A DNA stretch of 64,000 nt. Source: a virus. Shown here piece after piece: positions 62,958 through 64,000 of this stretch (its first letter is position 1; each line of letters opens with the position of its first letter). Where the stretch lies: IMG/VR virus record IMGVR_UViG_3300028895_000202, positions 6,930 to 70,929 of that record, one strand, 5' to 3'. The position numbers and the translations under genes were made by a program. A model generated the notes under the pieces. The model ran no database searches and was not told the DNA's origin. It worked only from the letters and a program-made list of their open reading frames with translations.

Positions 62958-63325
62958 TCTCGGTCTCAGTAAGGCGGGCTGCTTACTCTCGGTCTCGGTC
63001 TGCTTACTCTCGGTCTCGGTATGAGGATAAGGCGGTCTGCTTACCGTGGCAGGGGTCTGCTTACCCTGCCGCATGCATATCAGGATAGCGGGGTCCGATT
63101 ATCGTGGCGTATCAGGATAGCGAGGTCTGCTTACCGTCTCACCCTCATCAGAGCATATCAGGATAGCGAGGTCTGATTACCGTCTCACCCTGAACGGGGC
63201 GATATCAGGATAGTGAGGTCTGATTACCGTGATATCAGGATAGTCGGGTCTGATTATCCTGCACCACAGTAATCAGACGTGAGGTCTGATTACCGTGATA
63301 TCAGGATAGTCGGGTCTGATTACTG
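62958..63325. repeat. Array 2 of GGTCTG(A/C)TTAC elements (~11 units)
   Basis: TATCAGGATAG..GGTCTG(A/C)TTAC units separated by variable linkers. Confidence 0.9.
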
Positions 63326-63387
63326 TAGGCCTCCTGGGGGCCCCTCACCACACCCTGAGTAGGGTCAGGATTTCTCCGGGAATAGGC

Positions 63388-63467
63388 TTGAACCCTCCGA
63401 ACTAGGGTCTATGATTTCACTGTCGCGGCAAGGGAGCCTCCCGCCGCACTACCACGGAGACACAAGC
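63388..63467 (+). promoter_or_regulatory. Early promoter/leader cassette
   Basis: TTGAAC-16-TATGAT; GCGGC...GCCGC hairpin; GGAGACAC RBS. Confidence 0.75.
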
Positions 63468-63689
63468 ATGTCGAACGAAGCGAAGACGATCCTCCACCTC
63501 GCCCGCGCCCTCTTTAGCACCCCTCCCGCCGTCGTCGTTGCGTGGGTACACGGGGACGAGGCGCAAGGCTACCTCGAAGAGAAGGCGCGGCAGCTGCAGC
63601 GCTCCCCGTTCCGCTGGATCGGGGAGCTGGAACCCCCGCAGCTCGAACGGCTCACGGCCCTCGCGTGGTCCGCTCCCGACCCGAAGTAG
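63468..63689 (+). CDS. Early hypothetical protein, paralog of 53795..54043
   Basis: Cassette RBS; shared motif with 53795..54043. Confidence 0.7.
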   Translation: MSNEAKTILHLARALFSTPPAVVVAWVHGDEAQGYLEEKARQLQRSPFRWIGELEPPQLERLTALAWSAPDPK

Positions 63690-63695
63690 GCCGCA

Positions 63696-63745
63696 TCCCA
63701 GATCCGGGAATCTCGGGAATATATCCCAGATTCCCAGATCTGGGA
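63696..63745. repeat. Long hairpin after gene
   Basis: TCCCAGATCCGGGAATCTCGGGA-ATATA-TCCCAGATTCCCAGATCTGGGA. Confidence 0.8.
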
Positions 63746-63763
63746 ACGCCCCATACAGGGTGA

Positions 63764-63856
63764 GTAATCAGACCTGACGTCTGATTACCGTAGCATATCA
63801 GGATAGCGAGGTCTGATTACCCTGCATCAGAGTAATCAGACGTGAGGTCTGATTAC
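63764..63856. repeat. Array 3 (two 25-bp palindromes plus one direct unit)
   Basis: GTAATCAGAC-N5-GTCTGATTAC at 63764 and 63832. Confidence 0.9.
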
Positions 63857-63864
63857 TGAGACGG

Positions 63865-63900
63865 AGTCTCACCCTACCCTGAGTAGGGTGAGACTTTCTT
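63865..63900 (+). terminator. Hairpin between array and promoter
   Basis: AGTCTCACCCTAC/GTAGGGTGAGACT followed by TTCTT; related sequences at about 62110 and 63343. Confidence 0.55.
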
Positions 63901-63911
63901 CGGATTCATGC

Positions 63912-63993
63912 TTGCATCCTGCGGATCCGGGTCTATGATCTCCCTTGTCGCGGCGAGGAAGCCTCCCGCCGCACTACCTACGGAGACACTACC
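63912..63993 (+). promoter_or_regulatory. Early promoter/leader cassette for a gene starting at 63994 (runs off window)
   Basis: TTGCAT-16-TATGAT; hairpin; GGAGACACTACC-ATG. Confidence 0.75.
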
Positions 63994-64000
63994 ATGACGA

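Noticed and set aside
60975-63745. Integron attC sites for the long post-gene hairpins
   Set aside because: No convincing RYYYAAC/GTTRRRY boxes, no integrase in the window, and the genes carry their own promoters.
61538-63856. CRISPR array interpretation of the repeat arrays
   Set aside because: Inter-repeat segments are short, reused and variable in length, cores occur in both orientations, and no cas genes are present.
1-64000. Diversity-generating retroelement, retron or alternative genetic code
   Set aside because: No reverse transcriptase or TR/VR pair was seen; genes are intact and tightly packed under the standard code, with all three stop codons used.

Overview
A 64-kb segment of a tailed dsDNA phage (siphovirus-type) genome, with essentially all genes on the + strand. 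No integrase, capsid or host genes are visible. Layout: (1) 1-24.0 kb is a neck/tail module with two paralogous tail-tube genes, tail chaperones, a 1876-aa tape measure protein and an RcGTA-like DUF2460/DUF2163/NlpC-P60/megatron baseplate. A 1139-aa protein carrying a full formylglycine-type sulfatase motif set is inserted in the baseplate cluster, followed by DUF2793-type fibres. (2) 24.0-25.4 kb is a non-coding, repeat- and hairpin-rich control region. (3) 25.5-48 kb holds replication/recombination genes: DnaB, an intein-containing SNF2 helicase, primase, a putative clamp, a UDG-PolA fusion, a DnaX-like clamp loader, UvsY/gp32/RecA, RuvC, MazG, a deaminase and SbcCD. (4) 48-58 kb holds accessory genes, a sigma-70 factor, tRNA-Ile(UAU) and tRNA-Arg(CCU). 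(5) 55.7-64 kb holds small early genes, many in a repeated promoter/5'-hairpin/RBS cassette; the last three cassettes are preceded by dense arrays of a GTCTG(A/C)TTAC element. All family assignments come from motif recognition by eye, not database searches.
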